A DNA stretch of 59,796 nt from Fidelibacterota bacterium (GTDB lineage: Bacteria > Fidelibacterota > UBA2242): contig JADHYC010000005.1 of the NCBI GenBank assembly GCA_016782645.1, forward strand, positions 1-59,796, given 5' to 3'. The position numbers were made by a program, and so were the translations under genes. Shown here piece by piece: positions 1 to 10,573 of the stretch; position 1 is the first letter of the stretch, and each line of letters starts with the position of its first letter. The notes under the pieces are model-generated. The model was given only the letters and a program-made list of their open reading frames with translations. It was not told the DNA's origin and did not search any database.

Positions 1-1
1 G

Positions 2-385
2 GATTTTTGCTGCATTGCCGGAGGATAATGTAATACCGACAATTTCCAGTCCGTCTTTTTGATGTTTATCGTACATCTTTATGAAATCCGGGATTTCCGC
101 TTTACAGGGGCCGCACCATGATGCCCAGAAATTCAATACCACTACTTTGTTTTTGAATTGCTTAAGTGTTACTTCTTTGCCATCAAGAGTAATCAGTGAA
201 AAATCAGGTGCTATACTTCCGATAGAACCGGGAATTTGCATAATTTGTGGTTCTTTGATTTCGCCTGTATTTTTTCCACTGGTCGTGTTAGGTTTTTGCT
301 CTTTTTGGGCACAGCCAACTCCAAAACTGATAAGTATAAAAGTTGAAAATAATATTACCATTGTTACCACATTTTTCAATTTCAT
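2..385 (-). CDS. TlpA/ResA-like thioredoxin-fold lipoprotein (runs off the left edge of the window)
   Basis: Not in the ORF track. Manual translation from ATG at 385 (RBS AGAGGAGA upstream) gives MKLKNVVTMVILFSTFILISFGVGC...APDFSLITLDGKEVTL...VVVLNFWASWCGPCKAEIP; lipobox-like VGC; lies next to dsbD. Confidence 0.85.
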   Translation of the reverse strand, partial: MKLKNVVTMVILFSTFILISFGVGCAQKEQKPNTTSGKNTGEIKEPQIMQIPGSIGSIAPDFSLITLDGKEVTLKQFKNKVVVLNFWASWCGPCKAEIPDFIKMYDKHQKDGLEIVGITLSSGNAAKI

Positions 386-434
386 TGTGTTATCTCCTCT
401 TTATTAATAATTCAAGGTAATGCATTTCTGAGCA

Positions 435-2219
435 CTAATAAAGTATTTTATTCATTTTCTTTATAAAATCTCCCGGTTTTTCAAAACCGAAAATTCTGAG
501 GTCTGTAATTTCACTCCCTTTTTTGTCTATAAAGACAATGGTTGGAACTCCTTTGATGTTGTACTTTTCTTTTATTGATATTGTTTCAGAAGAAGTACCG
601 GAAGTTAAATCTATTTTAAAAAGAGAAAATTGACCGCTTAGTTTTACAACTTCGGAATTACTAAATGTAAATTTATCCATTTCTTTGCAGGGTATGCACC
701 AGTCGGCAGAGAAATCGAGGATAATTGGCTTTTCTGTTTCTAATGCGGTTATATACGCCTTTTTGTTGTATGGTTTCCAATTCATACTTGACAATGCTTT
801 TTCTTCTGGTTTAAGGAACCATGTCCCTATTATAATAGCCACTATTGCAATGATTTGTTTTATAAATATAAATGCAGGCGCATTTCTATCGGATTTGTTG
901 AAAAGAAGTAAATAAATACCTGAACCTATAATGTATAACGGAAATAGTATATTATAGACTCTTTTGGGAATTAAGGGATTTATAAAATATAATGCCATTC
1001 CGACCAGAATAAGACCAAAAATAATTCTAACGCCTACCATCCATTCACCGGAACGGGGTAAACTATTAATTTTGCTGGAGAAAAATGCCAGGAAAATGAA
1101 CGGCAAACCCAGACCAAGCGAAAGGGTGAAAAACATTGTAAAACCGAGGAATGGATTTCCTATGCTTGCAACGTAAGTTAGAAGTCCAATTACGAAAGGA
1201 CCAATGCACGGTGCCGCCACAATTCCCATCGTTAAGCCCATAACCAATGAGCCGAAATATCCTGTGTGGCTCACACCGCCCAGGTTTGTTATAAATGAAG
1301 GAAGCCTGAACTCATATAAACCAAACATACTCAGAGAAAGTGCAGTCAGGATTGCAGAAATAATCAGAAGTACAATTGGATTTGTCATTAATGTACCGAG
1401 TAGTTCACCGGACAGTGCGGCGAGTGTACCTATCGTAGAGTTTATGATAGCAATACCGAGTACATAAAGAATTGCCATAATGATTTTTTTACCCTGTTTC
1501 CCGAATACCTGTCCCCCAAAGTAACTCACAGTGATAGGAATAAGTGGATACACACATGGAGTAAGATTTAGACCAAGCCCACCTAAGAAAATAAGGATAA
1601 ATGTAAGAAATATCCCTTTTCTGGCAAAAGATGCTTTAACATCAAAAGTTGAGGATTGTGAACCATCATCTAATGATTTTTCGTTTATGAAATATTCTGA
1701 ATTTTGAAATATAATTGGATTTGTCGGGTCTAAAATAGGGATAGAAACGGAGAATGGCGCTTCCTGAGGTGCAATGCATACTTGGTCGTTGCAACCTTGA
1801 TAGAGCAGGTGTCCTTTTAGGGTTACTTTTTCCTGAGTACTTTCAAAGATTTTTCCGGAAACCCTAATGATAATGTTGCCTTCATACACCGCAAGCGGTT
1901 CATCGGAAAATGAGAGGTTTTTAATTTCGTGTGGTGGGAAATGGATATTAGTAATGGTTATATATTCCGATTCTTCAAAACGAAGTTCAGTAGGAATAAC
2001 AAATTCATCCAGTGGCTTTGAAGAATTGATATGCCAGGGTTCCTTTAATTTTACAACGATAGCAGCATGGAAGTCTTCGCCTTTATGCACTCCATTTGTG
2101 GATAAGTAGGTTTCTATTTTCAAAATGGAATTGACGCTTTTACCGAAAGATGGAAAAGCAAATAAAATAAAAAAAATTAAAATAGCAGGTAATCTTACTT
2201 TAACTCTGGTTTTTATCAT
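435..2219 (-). CDS. dsbD: Thiol:disulfide interchange protein DsbD
   Basis: N-terminal YQGCNDQVC, TM domain with LTPCVYP and APCIGP, C-terminal thioredoxin ADWCIPCKE. Confidence 0.92.
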   Translation of the reverse strand: MIKTRVKVRLPAILIFFILFAFPSFGKSVNSILKIETYLSTNGVHKGEDFHAAIVVKLKEPWHINSSKPLDEFVIPTELRFEESEYITITNIHFPPHEIKNLSFSDEPLAVYEGNIIIRVSGKIFESTQEKVTLKGHLLYQGCNDQVCIAPQEAPFSVSIPILDPTNPIIFQNSEYFINEKSLDDGSQSSTFDVKASFARKGIFLTFILIFLGGLGLNLTPCVYPLIPITVSYFGGQVFGKQGKKIIMAILYVLGIAIINSTIGTLAALSGELLGTLMTNPIVLLIISAILTALSLSMFGLYEFRLPSFITNLGGVSHTGYFGSLVMGLTMGIVAAPCIGPFVIGLLTYVASIGNPFLGFTMFFTLSLGLGLPFIFLAFFSSKINSLPRSGEWMVGVRIIFGLILVGMALYFINPLIPKRVYNILFPLYIIGSGIYLLLFNKSDRNAPAFIFIKQIIAIVAIIIGTWFLKPEEKALSSMNWKPYNKKAYITALETEKPIILDFSADWCIPCKEMDKFTFSNSEVVKLSGQFSLFKIDLTSGTSSETISIKEKYNIKGVPTIVFIDKKGSEITDLRIFGFEKPGDFIKKMNKILY

Positions 2220-2227
2220 TTATTTAT

Positions 2228-3127
2228 TTAAAAGCGAAATATCTTCCTTATAAGATTCTTTTTCTTTCTTATCGCATTATGTATTTCAGGCAATTTTTTT
2301 TGAGCCTCTACAATTCCTGCATTTACAAATTCTTTATATCTAAGAAACTCGCTCCAGTGCGCATCTTTAACATCTGGATGCAAAGAAACATCTGCATTTG
2401 AGAGTTGGAGTTTGGACAGGTAAATCCCTTTTATGGCATCCGTTCGAGAAATGATATCTATGATATTTGGATTCTCCAGCGCTTTAATTTGATTAACGCC
2501 AACGCAAATTCCAATGACAAGGTCGGCTCCCATTTCTCTTGCTTCATACACTGGCACAGGTGCGCTCACACCTCCATCGGTAAATAAATTTCCGTTAACC
2601 GGTTCTGGAGAAATATAACCCGGGATAGATGAACTAAGTGTTACTGCTTTTTTTATATTCCCTTTTCTAAAAAGGACCGTTTCACCTGAATTGAGATCTG
2701 TTGTTACTGCCCCAAAGGGTATTTTTGTGTCATGAAAATCTCCATCATCAATAAGAAAAGATATTGCATCAGATAGTCTTTCGGTTTTTATAATTCCCGT
2801 TCTTGTCGGTGCAAAGTTTACAACAATTCTTTTTGCGACAATCTGAACTAAGTGGCTCAAAAAAGAAGGATTCTGCTCATCTTGTGGAATGACATATTTT
2901 AGTCCAAGTAAGTCGTAATCCTGACTGGCTAAGAAATTTTCAAATCGTTTAATGATGGATTCTGAATCTGGATTCTGGGCATACATAGCGCCCACTACCG
3001 CCCCCATTGATGTTCCAGTTATGGAATCAATAGGAATGCCATCTTCTTCAAGTACTTTCAGAACGCCTAAATGCGCTAATCCTCTTGCGCCGCCGCCACC
3101 TAATGCTAACCCTATCTTCGTCTTCAT
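2228..3127 (-). CDS. Patatin-like phospholipase (NTE/RssA family)
   Basis: LGGGGARG, GTSMG nucleophile and DGG motifs. Confidence 0.92.
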   Translation of the reverse strand: MKTKIGLALGGGGARGLAHLGVLKVLEEDGIPIDSITGTSMGAVVGAMYAQNPDSESIIKRFENFLASQDYDLLGLKYVIPQDEQNPSFLSHLVQIVAKRIVVNFAPTRTGIIKTERLSDAISFLIDDGDFHDTKIPFGAVTTDLNSGETVLFRKGNIKKAVTLSSSIPGYISPEPVNGNLFTDGGVSAPVPVYEAREMGADLVIGICVGVNQIKALENPNIIDIISRTDAIKGIYLSKLQLSNADVSLHPDVKDAHWSEFLRYKEFVNAGIVEAQKKLPEIHNAIRKKKNLIRKIFRF

Positions 3128-3780
3128 TTTCTTCCATTTAGATTTAGCTTTTTCCGATCCGTTACATATACCCTTTTCATGATAACATCTTTATATGGAC
3201 GGTCTTTTTTATTACGGCGAACTTTTGCGATTTTATCAACAGTTTTCATACCCTGAATAACCTCACCAAATACTGTATATCCAGCCTTATCTAAAAACGG
3301 TAAATCTATCAAGCAGATATAAAATTGACTGCCATTGGATCTCTTTTGCGGGTTGATATTATCGGACATTCTTGCTGATGCCACTGCTCCCCTTAGGTGT
3401 TTTTTACCGAGTTCTGCGGGAATTGTATAGCCAGGTCCACCTGTGCCATCATTATACTGGTTGTCATCTCTACTTAAAATATCTCCACCTTGAATAACAA
3501 AATTGGGAATTATGCGGTGAAAAGTTGTCTCATTAAAGTAGCCCGCATTTGCCAGTTTTTTAAAATTCATTGCATGAAGTGGCGCAGCATAGGAGAAAAA
3601 TTCTATAATTATATTACCGTATTCTGTTTCAATAACAGCAACTTCATCTGGAGAAACCATCTCATCTGGTAATGACTGAATGTAAGATTGCAATTTTTTA
3701 ATGTCAGTCCCAGATAAAGATTGAGACAGTGCTGTAGCGCAGAATAAAAAGAGAGTAATAAGAGAAATGTAAAATTTCAT
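3124..3780 (-). CDS. Cyclophilin-type peptidyl-prolyl cis-trans isomerase, with signal peptide
   Basis: FHRIIPNFVIQGGD, SNGSQFYI, YTVFGEV. Confidence 0.93.
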   Translation of the reverse strand: MKFYISLITLFLFCATALSQSLSGTDIKKLQSYIQSLPDEMVSPDEVAVIETEYGNIIIEFFSYAAPLHAMNFKKLANAGYFNETTFHRIIPNFVIQGGDILSRDDNQYNDGTGGPGYTIPAELGKKHLRGAVASARMSDNINPQKRSNGSQFYICLIDLPFLDKAGYTVFGEVIQGMKTVDKIAKVRRNKKDRPYKDVIMKRVYVTDRKKLNLNGRK

Positions 3781-3795
3781 TTTAATCCCTATATG

Positions 3796-4569
3796 CTATA
3801 TGTTAATTACTGTTCCGGGAGAATTTTGTGAAGCTATTTCTATTTTATATGAGATTGAATTTTCTGTCTTTGTTTTTTCGAAAAGTTCCCTAACAATTTG
3901 AGCATCATTATTAGTTTCGCTTAAATGTCCAAGAATAAGATGTTTTAACCTTCCATTATGCGAAATACGATTGAATAAATTTAAAGACTGCTTATTAGAT
4001 AAATGTCCAACACGGCTCTTAATTCTCTGTATTACCTGAAGAGGATAGGGACCATTTAATAACATAAACTTATCGTGATTTGATTCAAGGAAAAGAAGAT
4101 CGAGCTCCGAGATGTAGTGTAATACCGATTGTATTACAGTACCTAAATCCGTAATAATGCCCAATTTCTTATCTCCTGACGAAGCAACAATACCAATTGG
4201 ATCTGCGGCGTCGTGCGGCAAATGAAAAGTTTTTATTTTGATGTATTCTAAAGAAAGAGTATCTCCTGATGTGAAAAATTCAACTTTTACTTTTGTTAAT
4301 TTTTTTGGATCAATTGCATGAAAAGTCTTTTTAGTCATGAAAATAGGAGTTTTATAACGCCTTGCGAAAATTCCTGCGCCTTTTATGTGATCTGAGTGCT
4401 CGTGTGTTAGTATTATTGCAGAAACATCCGTAGGAGAGAGATTAACCTCCTCCATTCGCAAGATAAGGTTTTTTAAACTAAAGCCCTGATCAATAAGGAG
4501 TGCTTTGCCGCTATTCTGAATATAAGTGCAATTTCCTTTGCTTCCGCTGCCAAGATTACAAAATATCAT
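3796..4569 (-). CDS. MBL-fold metallohydrolase, YycJ/WalJ-like
   Basis: GSGSKGN, THEHSDH, HDAADP, ESNHD, GHLSN, HLSETNN. Confidence 0.9.
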   Translation of the reverse strand: MIFCNLGSGSKGNCTYIQNSGKALLIDQGFSLKNLILRMEEVNLSPTDVSAIILTHEHSDHIKGAGIFARRYKTPIFMTKKTFHAIDPKKLTKVKVEFFTSGDTLSLEYIKIKTFHLPHDAADPIGIVASSGDKKLGIITDLGTVIQSVLHYISELDLLFLESNHDKFMLLNGPYPLQVIQRIKSRVGHLSNKQSLNLFNRISHNGRLKHLILGHLSETNNDAQIVRELFEKTKTENSISYKIEIASQNSPGTVINI

Positions 4570-5144
4570 TTCTTTCCGGTTCTACCTCTGGTAGTCAAAG
4601 GAATATTGGAAGCACAGAGCGGGCATTCTTCGGGTTTATATGTCGGAATGTCCATTGTAATCAGCGGGAAATATGAATCTCCGAAATTAACTTTCTCCCC
4701 ACTGCGATCGATAAAAACACCAATGCCCATTAGGATACCTCCTTTCTTTGTCACAAGGTCCATTAATTCATAAATAGAACCACCGGTGGTGACAACATCA
4801 TCAACAATCAGTACTCGTTCGCCGGGTTTAATATCAAATCCTCTTCGTAAGACTAGATTCTTGTTTTCACGTTCAGCGAAAATACTCCGTGTACTTAATA
4901 ATCTACCGATACTGTGGCTTATTATAATACCACCAGTGGCAGCACCGACAATTACATGAGGTTTTGTTTTTCTAAAATGTTCTGCAATATCTTTACACAA
5001 CTTGTCAGTAAGTAAGGGGTATTGGAGTACTTTAAATTTTTCAACATAAGTATCACTATGGAGACCGGAAGTGAGAAGAAAATGCCCTTTTAAGGTGGCC
5101 CCACATTCTTTTAAAATATCTAAGTAGGATTCTGTTTTCATCAC
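4566..5144 (-). CDS. pyrE: Orotate phosphoribosyltransferase
   Basis: GHFLLTSGLHS, PRPP loop VDDVVTTGGS; adjacent to pyrF. Confidence 0.95.
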   Translation of the reverse strand: MMKTESYLDILKECGATLKGHFLLTSGLHSDTYVEKFKVLQYPLLTDKLCKDIAEHFRKTKPHVIVGAATGGIIISHSIGRLLSTRSIFAERENKNLVLRRGFDIKPGERVLIVDDVVTTGGSIYELMDLVTKKGGILMGIGVFIDRSGEKVNFGDSYFPLITMDIPTYKPEECPLCASNIPLTTRGRTGKK

Positions 5145-5150
5145 AACACC

Positions 5151-5939
5151 TTATATTTTAAACAGATTACTATAACATTTAGTAGCATATCTAACGTTAT
5201 CCGGGAATTTACCCTCGCCCGGAAAGATCACACTTCTTGATACATTAATCAGACCAAGCCCGCAAGTTCGACAAACTTCCACTGCCGATTCTGTAGAACC
5301 CCCTTGTTTGCCGATACCTGGAATTAAAAATGGCAGGTCGGGATATTGTTTTCGAACATCAAGTAGTTGCTCCGGTTTTGTAGCGCCCAATACCAGACCA
5401 AGATTCTTCCGCTCATTCAAATTTTTCACAATATCCGCAGTTTTAAGATAAAGTGGTTTACCACAGCCATATTCTTGCAATTCACGTCCGGATGGATTAG
5501 ATGTAACACAGAGTACAAAGACACCTTTGGATTCATTTTCTATGAATGGTTGAATGCTGTCTGAACCAAGGTAAGGACTTAAGGTAACTGCATCAAATTT
5601 GAGGGTTTCAAAGAGCGCTTTGGCGTAGAACCTTGAACTGTTTCCAATATCACCCCGTTTAGCGTCACCAATAAGAAGCACATTATCCGGCATTTCAGAG
5701 ATGATCTTTTCAAGGATTTGCCAGCCTTTCCATCCCCATAGTTCAAAGAAAGCTAAATTGAATTTATAGGCTGGTGTAATATCTTTTGTAACATTGATAA
5801 CTTCCTGTGCAAATTGATAAACCCCATCGGGATTTTTTCCAAATTTTATTGGAAGTTTATCCGGATCAGGATCAATTCCTATGCAGAGAAATGTACTCTT
5901 TTCATTTATACAATTTTTAAAGTGTTCATAGTACTTCAT
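5151..5939 (-). CDS. pyrF: Orotidine-5'-phosphate decarboxylase
   Basis: LCIGIDP, DAKRGDIGNS, LIPGIGKQGG, INVSR. Confidence 0.95.
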   Translation of the reverse strand: MKYYEHFKNCINEKSTFLCIGIDPDPDKLPIKFGKNPDGVYQFAQEVINVTKDITPAYKFNLAFFELWGWKGWQILEKIISEMPDNVLLIGDAKRGDIGNSSRFYAKALFETLKFDAVTLSPYLGSDSIQPFIENESKGVFVLCVTSNPSGRELQEYGCGKPLYLKTADIVKNLNERKNLGLVLGATKPEQLLDVRKQYPDLPFLIPGIGKQGGSTESAVEVCRTCGLGLINVSRSVIFPGEGKFPDNVRYATKCYSNLFKI

Positions 5940-6022
5940 TCCAGCGGGAAAATACGTTTTTTTAGGATATTAAGCAACTGAGTTGGAGTTGATATTTTAG
6001 AATTGTGTACGAGTTGATTAAT

Positions 6023-6108
6023 AGTTCTGCTATGAGCTCACTTCTGCCTGGCAGTAGGCAGGCATAGCAGAGTTGAGACACCGTTGCAAGTGAGCTCGTA
6101 ACGGAACT
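6023..6108. repeat. Inverted-repeat element (family C) with a nested short palindrome
   Basis: AGTTCTGCTATGAGCTCACTT (6023-6043) pairs with AAGTGAGCTCGTAACGGAACT (6088-6108); CTGCCTGGCAGTAGGCAGGC is nested at 6044-6063; related arms at 50292-50390. Confidence 0.7.
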
Positions 6109-6261
6109 TAAATTCTATATGGGCTTATTTTTTTATTGAACCTTTCGGCTCAACTATGAACTCGAAATTCGTAGCCATGTAAAATCTTGTGCCAGGTCCT
6201 TTGTTTTACATTTTTAATTTAGTATTATTTATTATGGAATTAATACAAGGTTTGTAGTAAG

Positions 6262-6723
6262 ATGAAATTTATTGCTGATAACATGCTTGGTAAACTAGCA
6301 AAATATCTTAGGATGTTAGGGTACGATACGGTTTTTTCACCACCTGGAAATGCAAGAGATTTAATTCATTTATCTAAAGATGAAAACAGAATAATTCTTA
6401 CCCGAAATTCGATATTTATACGAGACCACAAGCCTGAAAATTACCTCTTCATTGAATCACAACATTTTCCTGACCAGTTGATTCAGGTAGTTAAAAAATA
6501 TGGTCTTGAAATCAATATCGACAAATTTTTCACGCTCTGTCTGATTTGCAGCAAGCCTTTATTGCAGGTATCTAAAGAAGAGGTTAAAGAAAAAGTGCCT
6601 GAAAATATATATCTGAACTTTGAAAAATTCAGGCAGTGTCCGTCCTGCTCAAGAATATACTGGTGTGGTGGACATACTCGAAGGATGGAAAAGAAGTTGA
6701 TGGTAATAGTATCGAGTTTGTAG
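6262..6723 (+). CDS. Mut7-C RNase (PIN-like) domain protein
   Basis: KFIADNMLGKLAKYLRMLGYD, C-terminal CxxC...CPSC..IYWxGGH. Confidence 0.9.
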   Translation: MKFIADNMLGKLAKYLRMLGYDTVFSPPGNARDLIHLSKDENRIILTRNSIFIRDHKPENYLFIESQHFPDQLIQVVKKYGLEINIDKFFTLCLICSKPLLQVSKEEVKEKVPENIYLNFEKFRQCPSCSRIYWCGGHTRRMEKKLMVIVSSL

Positions 6724-6938
6724 TTGAAATTTTTAGTTCACAGTGAAGTTCAGAATAATGTAGCATAGGACAGTCGTGTCCGATGGCGAACCGGGATGTT
6801 CGCTCTACATCAATCACTATAATTAGTTGTGACAGTAGATTTAAAAGTTAAAGTTCTGATTTATTAGCGTTCTTAGTCTCTTTGTGGTAAGTTTTTCATT
6901 AGTTATATTTACCATGTTTAATTTGGATCATTAGAAGT

Positions 6939-7649
6939 ATGGAAAAAGATTTTGACCTTATAATATTTGACCTGGATGGTACTCTGTACCAGAGAAGTCC
7001 GGAAATTGATATGGTATTTCCTAAGGTATCAATTAAACTTGCTGCAAAGAGCACAGGGAAAAGCGAAGAGGAAATGCAAGTTGAATTTATGCAAAAAAAA
7101 GATGAATTAGCCCGTCTCATAAACGGAAATCCGACAAGTACGCTAACATTGTTCCATTATTATGATGTAGAATTCAAGGAATTCGAAGATGAAGTAAATA
7201 AATTATTGAATATAGAATCCATTCTGAAACCGGATCCTAAAGCGATTAAAGCAATTGAAAAGGTAAATAAACTATATTCATTATTTCTTTTCACTACGAA
7301 TAACGGGGTATTGAGCAATAGAATTTTAAAAACGCTAAAACTTGACCAAATATTTCCAATTAGCAGACGTTTTTCGCTAGATTCTGTGGAAAATTTGGAC
7401 ATGCCCAAAAAGAAAAAATTGGAGTATATCAAACCTGGACTAAGAGGTTTTGAATTTATTTTAAATCGTTTCGGTGTTATGCCTGAAAAAACTCTGATGG
7501 TTGGCGATTCTGAGATTTCGGATATAATTCCAGCAACAAAATTAGGAATAAAAACGTATCATGTGGTAGATCGAGAAAAACTTTACGCCCTTCCTGAATG
7601 GCTGGGGATGAAACTTGCAGAGGTTTCAAACCTCAGCAAGGTTAAGTAA
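6939..7649 (+). CDS. HAD-superfamily hydrolase
   Basis: FDLDGTLY motif I, KPG, MVGDSEISD motif IV. Confidence 0.88.
   Translation: MEKDFDLIIFDLDGTLYQRSPEIDMVFPKVSIKLAAKSTGKSEEEMQVEFMQKKDELARLINGNPTSTLTLFHYYDVEFKEFEDEVNKLLNIESILKPDPKAIKAIEKVNKLYSLFLFTTNNGVLSNRILKTLKLDQIFPISRRFSLDSVENLDMPKKKKLEYIKPGLRGFEFILNRFGVMPEKTLMVGDSEISDIIPATKLGIKTYHVVDREKLYALPEWLGMKLAEVSNLSKVK
7612..7643. repeat. REP-like hairpin (family E) forming the 3' end of the HAD gene
   Basis: AACTTGCAGAGGTT-TCA-AACCTCAGCAAGGTT; relatives at 20762-20816, 53547-53598, 59356-59405. Confidence 0.6.
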
Positions 7650-7699
7650 AAAAATATTTTCTCGGTAATCAGAAAAATTTCATATATTATCAGGCGAAA

Positions 7700-8278
7700 A
7701 TGGATAAAGGCACACGCGATTTATTCGAAGTAAGTTTATCAGAAACCCAGAGCAGAGTACTGGCTTCTACGCCCTCGGGAATTTCTATTGAACTTGTAGA
7801 GCGCCTGGGAGAATCTGAATACGGTAAAATTGTTAAAATTTCTGAGACTCTTTCCAATCACTTTGGAGAGAGTTTAAAGTTTAACCGCAGCTCAATAAGA
7901 AAATATTTCAGCTATCCAAAAACACAACCTTTTATAATCAGGTTTAAGGATGATATTGAGGGTTTTATTATTGGAGTTCCTTTAGAGCATTTTGCGAAAG
8001 AGAGTTGGGTGCATTGCGATGAAAATTTGGGGAAAGGCAATACGATGTATACATACGCCTATGTTGTTAAAACAGATTATCGTCATCTTAGTATCGCGAA
8101 AATGCTAAAGCGTGTTTATCAAAATACTTTGCGAAGAAAAGGGTATAAGTATATTACAGGGCATGTTATGGAGGGAGTTACACTACATTTTACAAAGAGA
8201 AGTCATGTTGTTCGTAAATTTAATGATTGGAATAATACCGGGTATACATTTGAGTACTATCGCTGCCCCCTGAAGTAA
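7700..8278 (+). CDS. Hypothetical protein, probable GNAT fold
   Basis: 192 aa; YTYAYVVKTDYRHLSIAKML resembles GNAT motif A. Confidence 0.55.
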   Translation: MDKGTRDLFEVSLSETQSRVLASTPSGISIELVERLGESEYGKIVKISETLSNHFGESLKFNRSSIRKYFSYPKTQPFIIRFKDDIEGFIIGVPLEHFAKESWVHCDENLGKGNTMYTYAYVVKTDYRHLSIAKMLKRVYQNTLRRKGYKYITGHVMEGVTLHFTKRSHVVRKFNDWNNTGYTFEYYRCPLK

Positions 8279-8456
8279 ATTTTGACTTACTTGCTACTAA
8301 TACCTAACACAATAAATGGTTTTTTTAGTTACTATATTTTTAAGTTTAATTTGCCTAATTGCACTATTTAAAATAGACAGACTGGAATTTGAGGTTGGCA
8401 AAAAAAATATATTCTCTTAAATTCAATTTCGTGGTTTGAATTTAAGAATTACAAAT

Positions 8457-8918
8457 ATGGAACTATCGGAAATATTAACTCCTGAGCTTATTATTTATCC
8501 TTTAGAAGCTAATTCTAAAGAGGGAGTGATTTCAGTCTTAGTGGATAGATTGTACAAAGCGGGAAAGATTTCAAATTCTGATGCTGCTAAAAAAGCGGTT
8601 ATTGAACGTGAGAAACTGATGAGTACGGGCGTGGGGAAAGGAGTAGCGCTTCCTCATGGAAAATATGTAGATATTGATGATGTTCTTATTTCAGTGGGTG
8701 TTTCAATCAATGGAGTTGATTTCGATGCCGTAGATGGTCAGCCTGTTCACATCTTTGTATTACTGCTTACTCCCGAGCGGTTCCCAAGTAAGCACTTAAA
8801 ATTGCTTAGTAAGTTTTCACGTATGTTGAATAAGGCAAATTGCCGTGAGGGGATTTTAAAAGCTGTTTCTGCCGAGGAAATTGCTGAAATAATTTATAAG
8901 TACGATACTCAAGTGTAG
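8457..8918 (+). CDS. PTS IIA domain protein (PtsN/Fru-type)
   Basis: EREKLMSTGVGKGVALPHGK with the phospho-accepting His; ATG 8457 preferred over TTG 8436. Confidence 0.9.
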   Translation: MELSEILTPELIIYPLEANSKEGVISVLVDRLYKAGKISNSDAAKKAVIEREKLMSTGVGKGVALPHGKYVDIDDVLISVGVSINGVDFDAVDGQPVHIFVLLLTPERFPSKHLKLLSKFSRMLNKANCREGILKAVSAEEIAEIIYKYDTQV

Positions 8919-8926
8919 GAAGTGAA

Positions 8927-9262
8927 ATGCCTTTTTGTCCAAAATGTAAGTACGAGTTTGTTGAAGGTTTAGATAAGTGTCCGGATTGTAAAGCAAAATT
9001 AATTGAGCGACTTCCGGAAGAATACGAAGTTAGTATTAAGTGGGTACAACTTTCGATATTGTCTTCACCTATAATGGCTGAGATGGTCAAAGAAGCACTT
9101 GAAAACCGTGGCATTCAGTCCTTCATAAAGACCGATGTTTTAAATGCTGTCTTTTTGGCGAAAGGAACCTCTACTCCAGGCTCGTTTGCAAAAATATTTG
9201 TTCCTGAGATAGACAAGATATCTGCCGAAGAGATTTTAAAGAGTATAACGGATAGCAAATGA
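8927..9262 (+). CDS. Zinc-ribbon + DUF2007-like protein
   Basis: MPFCPKC...CPDC followed by AEMVKEALENRGI...IFVPE. Confidence 0.7.
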   Translation: MPFCPKCKYEFVEGLDKCPDCKAKLIERLPEEYEVSIKWVQLSILSSPIMAEMVKEALENRGIQSFIKTDVLNAVFLAKGTSTPGSFAKIFVPEIDKISAEEILKSITDSK

Positions 9263-9313
9263 GTGTTATTGTTTGCCCCAAAAGGGTTTTGAAAAAGAAT
9301 TTAGAGGCTTAAC

Positions 9314-10573
9314 GTGTATAGAAGAATAAAAGGAACCAAAGATATACTTCCAACTGAGTCGTATCAATGGCAGTACCTTGAGAAGTTCATATCAGAATCG
9401 TTAGAAAGATATAATTACCAGGAAATCCGCACACCTGTTTTTGAAGTTACGGAATTATTTGCAAGAAGTATAGGAACTGATACAGATGTCGTTTCAAAGG
9501 AGATGTATACCTTTTTTGATAAGAGTAAGACGAGCTTAACTTTAAAACCTGAACTTACTGCCCCGGTTGTCAGAGCATATGTTCAGAATCATCTTGAACA
9601 AATTTCTCCGGTAACAAAATTGTATTATATTGATTCTTCATTTCGACAGGAACGACCTCAAAAGGGAAGACTTCGTCAATTTCACCAATTTGGATTTGAA
9701 ATAATTGGTACGGAATATCCTGAAGCTGATGCTGAAATAATCCAGACAGTCTATGAAATTTATTTGCGGTTGGGTATTAAAGAATTAAATGTGAAATTGA
9801 ATAGTATCGGCAGCCGTGACAGCAGGAAGAATTATCTTGATATTTTAAAATCTTCTTTAAAACCCTATTATAATGACTTTTGTCTGACTTGCCAACAACG
9901 TTTCCATAAAAATATTCTCAGGCTCTTTGATTGTAAAGCTGAACCATGTCAGAATATTTTAGATGAATTCGCGCCATCTATTTTGGAGTATCTTACTAAA
10001 GGGGATCAGGATCATTTTGAAGAAGTAAAGAACCTGCTTGACTTAACAGAGGTTCCATATAGTGTTGATAAAAAATTGGTTCGTGGTTTAGATTATTATA
10101 CTAGAACAACTTTTGAGATTACTAACCCGCTTTTAGGGTCTCAGGATGCGATTTGCGGTGGTGGTCGCTATGATTATCTCATAGAGGACCTTGGAGGTAA
10201 GCACACGCCAGCAGTCGGGGTAGCATCGGGGATGGAACGTCTCCTTATGATTCTGAGAGAAACAGATGCAATTCCTGAAAAGAAAACCAATTTGCTTTAT
10301 TTTGCAGCTCTGGGTGATGAGGCAAGGAAAGCTGGATTTAAGGTTATTGCCAAACTCCGTAGATTAGGTATAACGACAGAAATGGACTTTTTACGACGAT
10401 CTCTAAAGGCTCAAATGAGGGAAGCCGGTAAAAAAGCTGCCAATTGGGTATTGATATTAGGGGAAAACGAGATCAAGCTAAGCGTTGTTACTTTGAAGGA
10501 TATGTCTGATGGAAGTCAGCGCCAAATATCTTTAGAAAATGCTGCTGAAGAAGTAGCCAACTACATTGAGTAA
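9314..10573 (+). CDS. hisS: Histidine--tRNA ligase
   Basis: FRQERPQKGRLRQFHQ, LVRGLDYY, GGGRYD. Confidence 0.97.
   Translation: MYRRIKGTKDILPTESYQWQYLEKFISESLERYNYQEIRTPVFEVTELFARSIGTDTDVVSKEMYTFFDKSKTSLTLKPELTAPVVRAYVQNHLEQISPVTKLYYIDSSFRQERPQKGRLRQFHQFGFEIIGTEYPEADAEIIQTVYEIYLRLGIKELNVKLNSIGSRDSRKNYLDILKSSLKPYYNDFCLTCQQRFHKNILRLFDCKAEPCQNILDEFAPSILEYLTKGDQDHFEEVKNLLDLTEVPYSVDKKLVRGLDYYTRTTFEITNPLLGSQDAICGGGRYDYLIEDLGGKHTPAVGVASGMERLLMILRETDAIPEKKTNLLYFAALGDEARKAGFKVIAKLRRLGITTEMDFLRRSLKAQMREAGKKAANWVLILGENEIKLSVVTLKDMSDGSQRQISLENAAEEVANYIE

Noticed and set aside
81-407. Plus-strand 108-aa ORF and the many other 60-140 aa antisense or overlapping ORFs in the track
   Set aside because: They overlap well-supported genes (here the minus-strand TlpA-like gene) and show no motifs, so they are treated as shadow ORFs.
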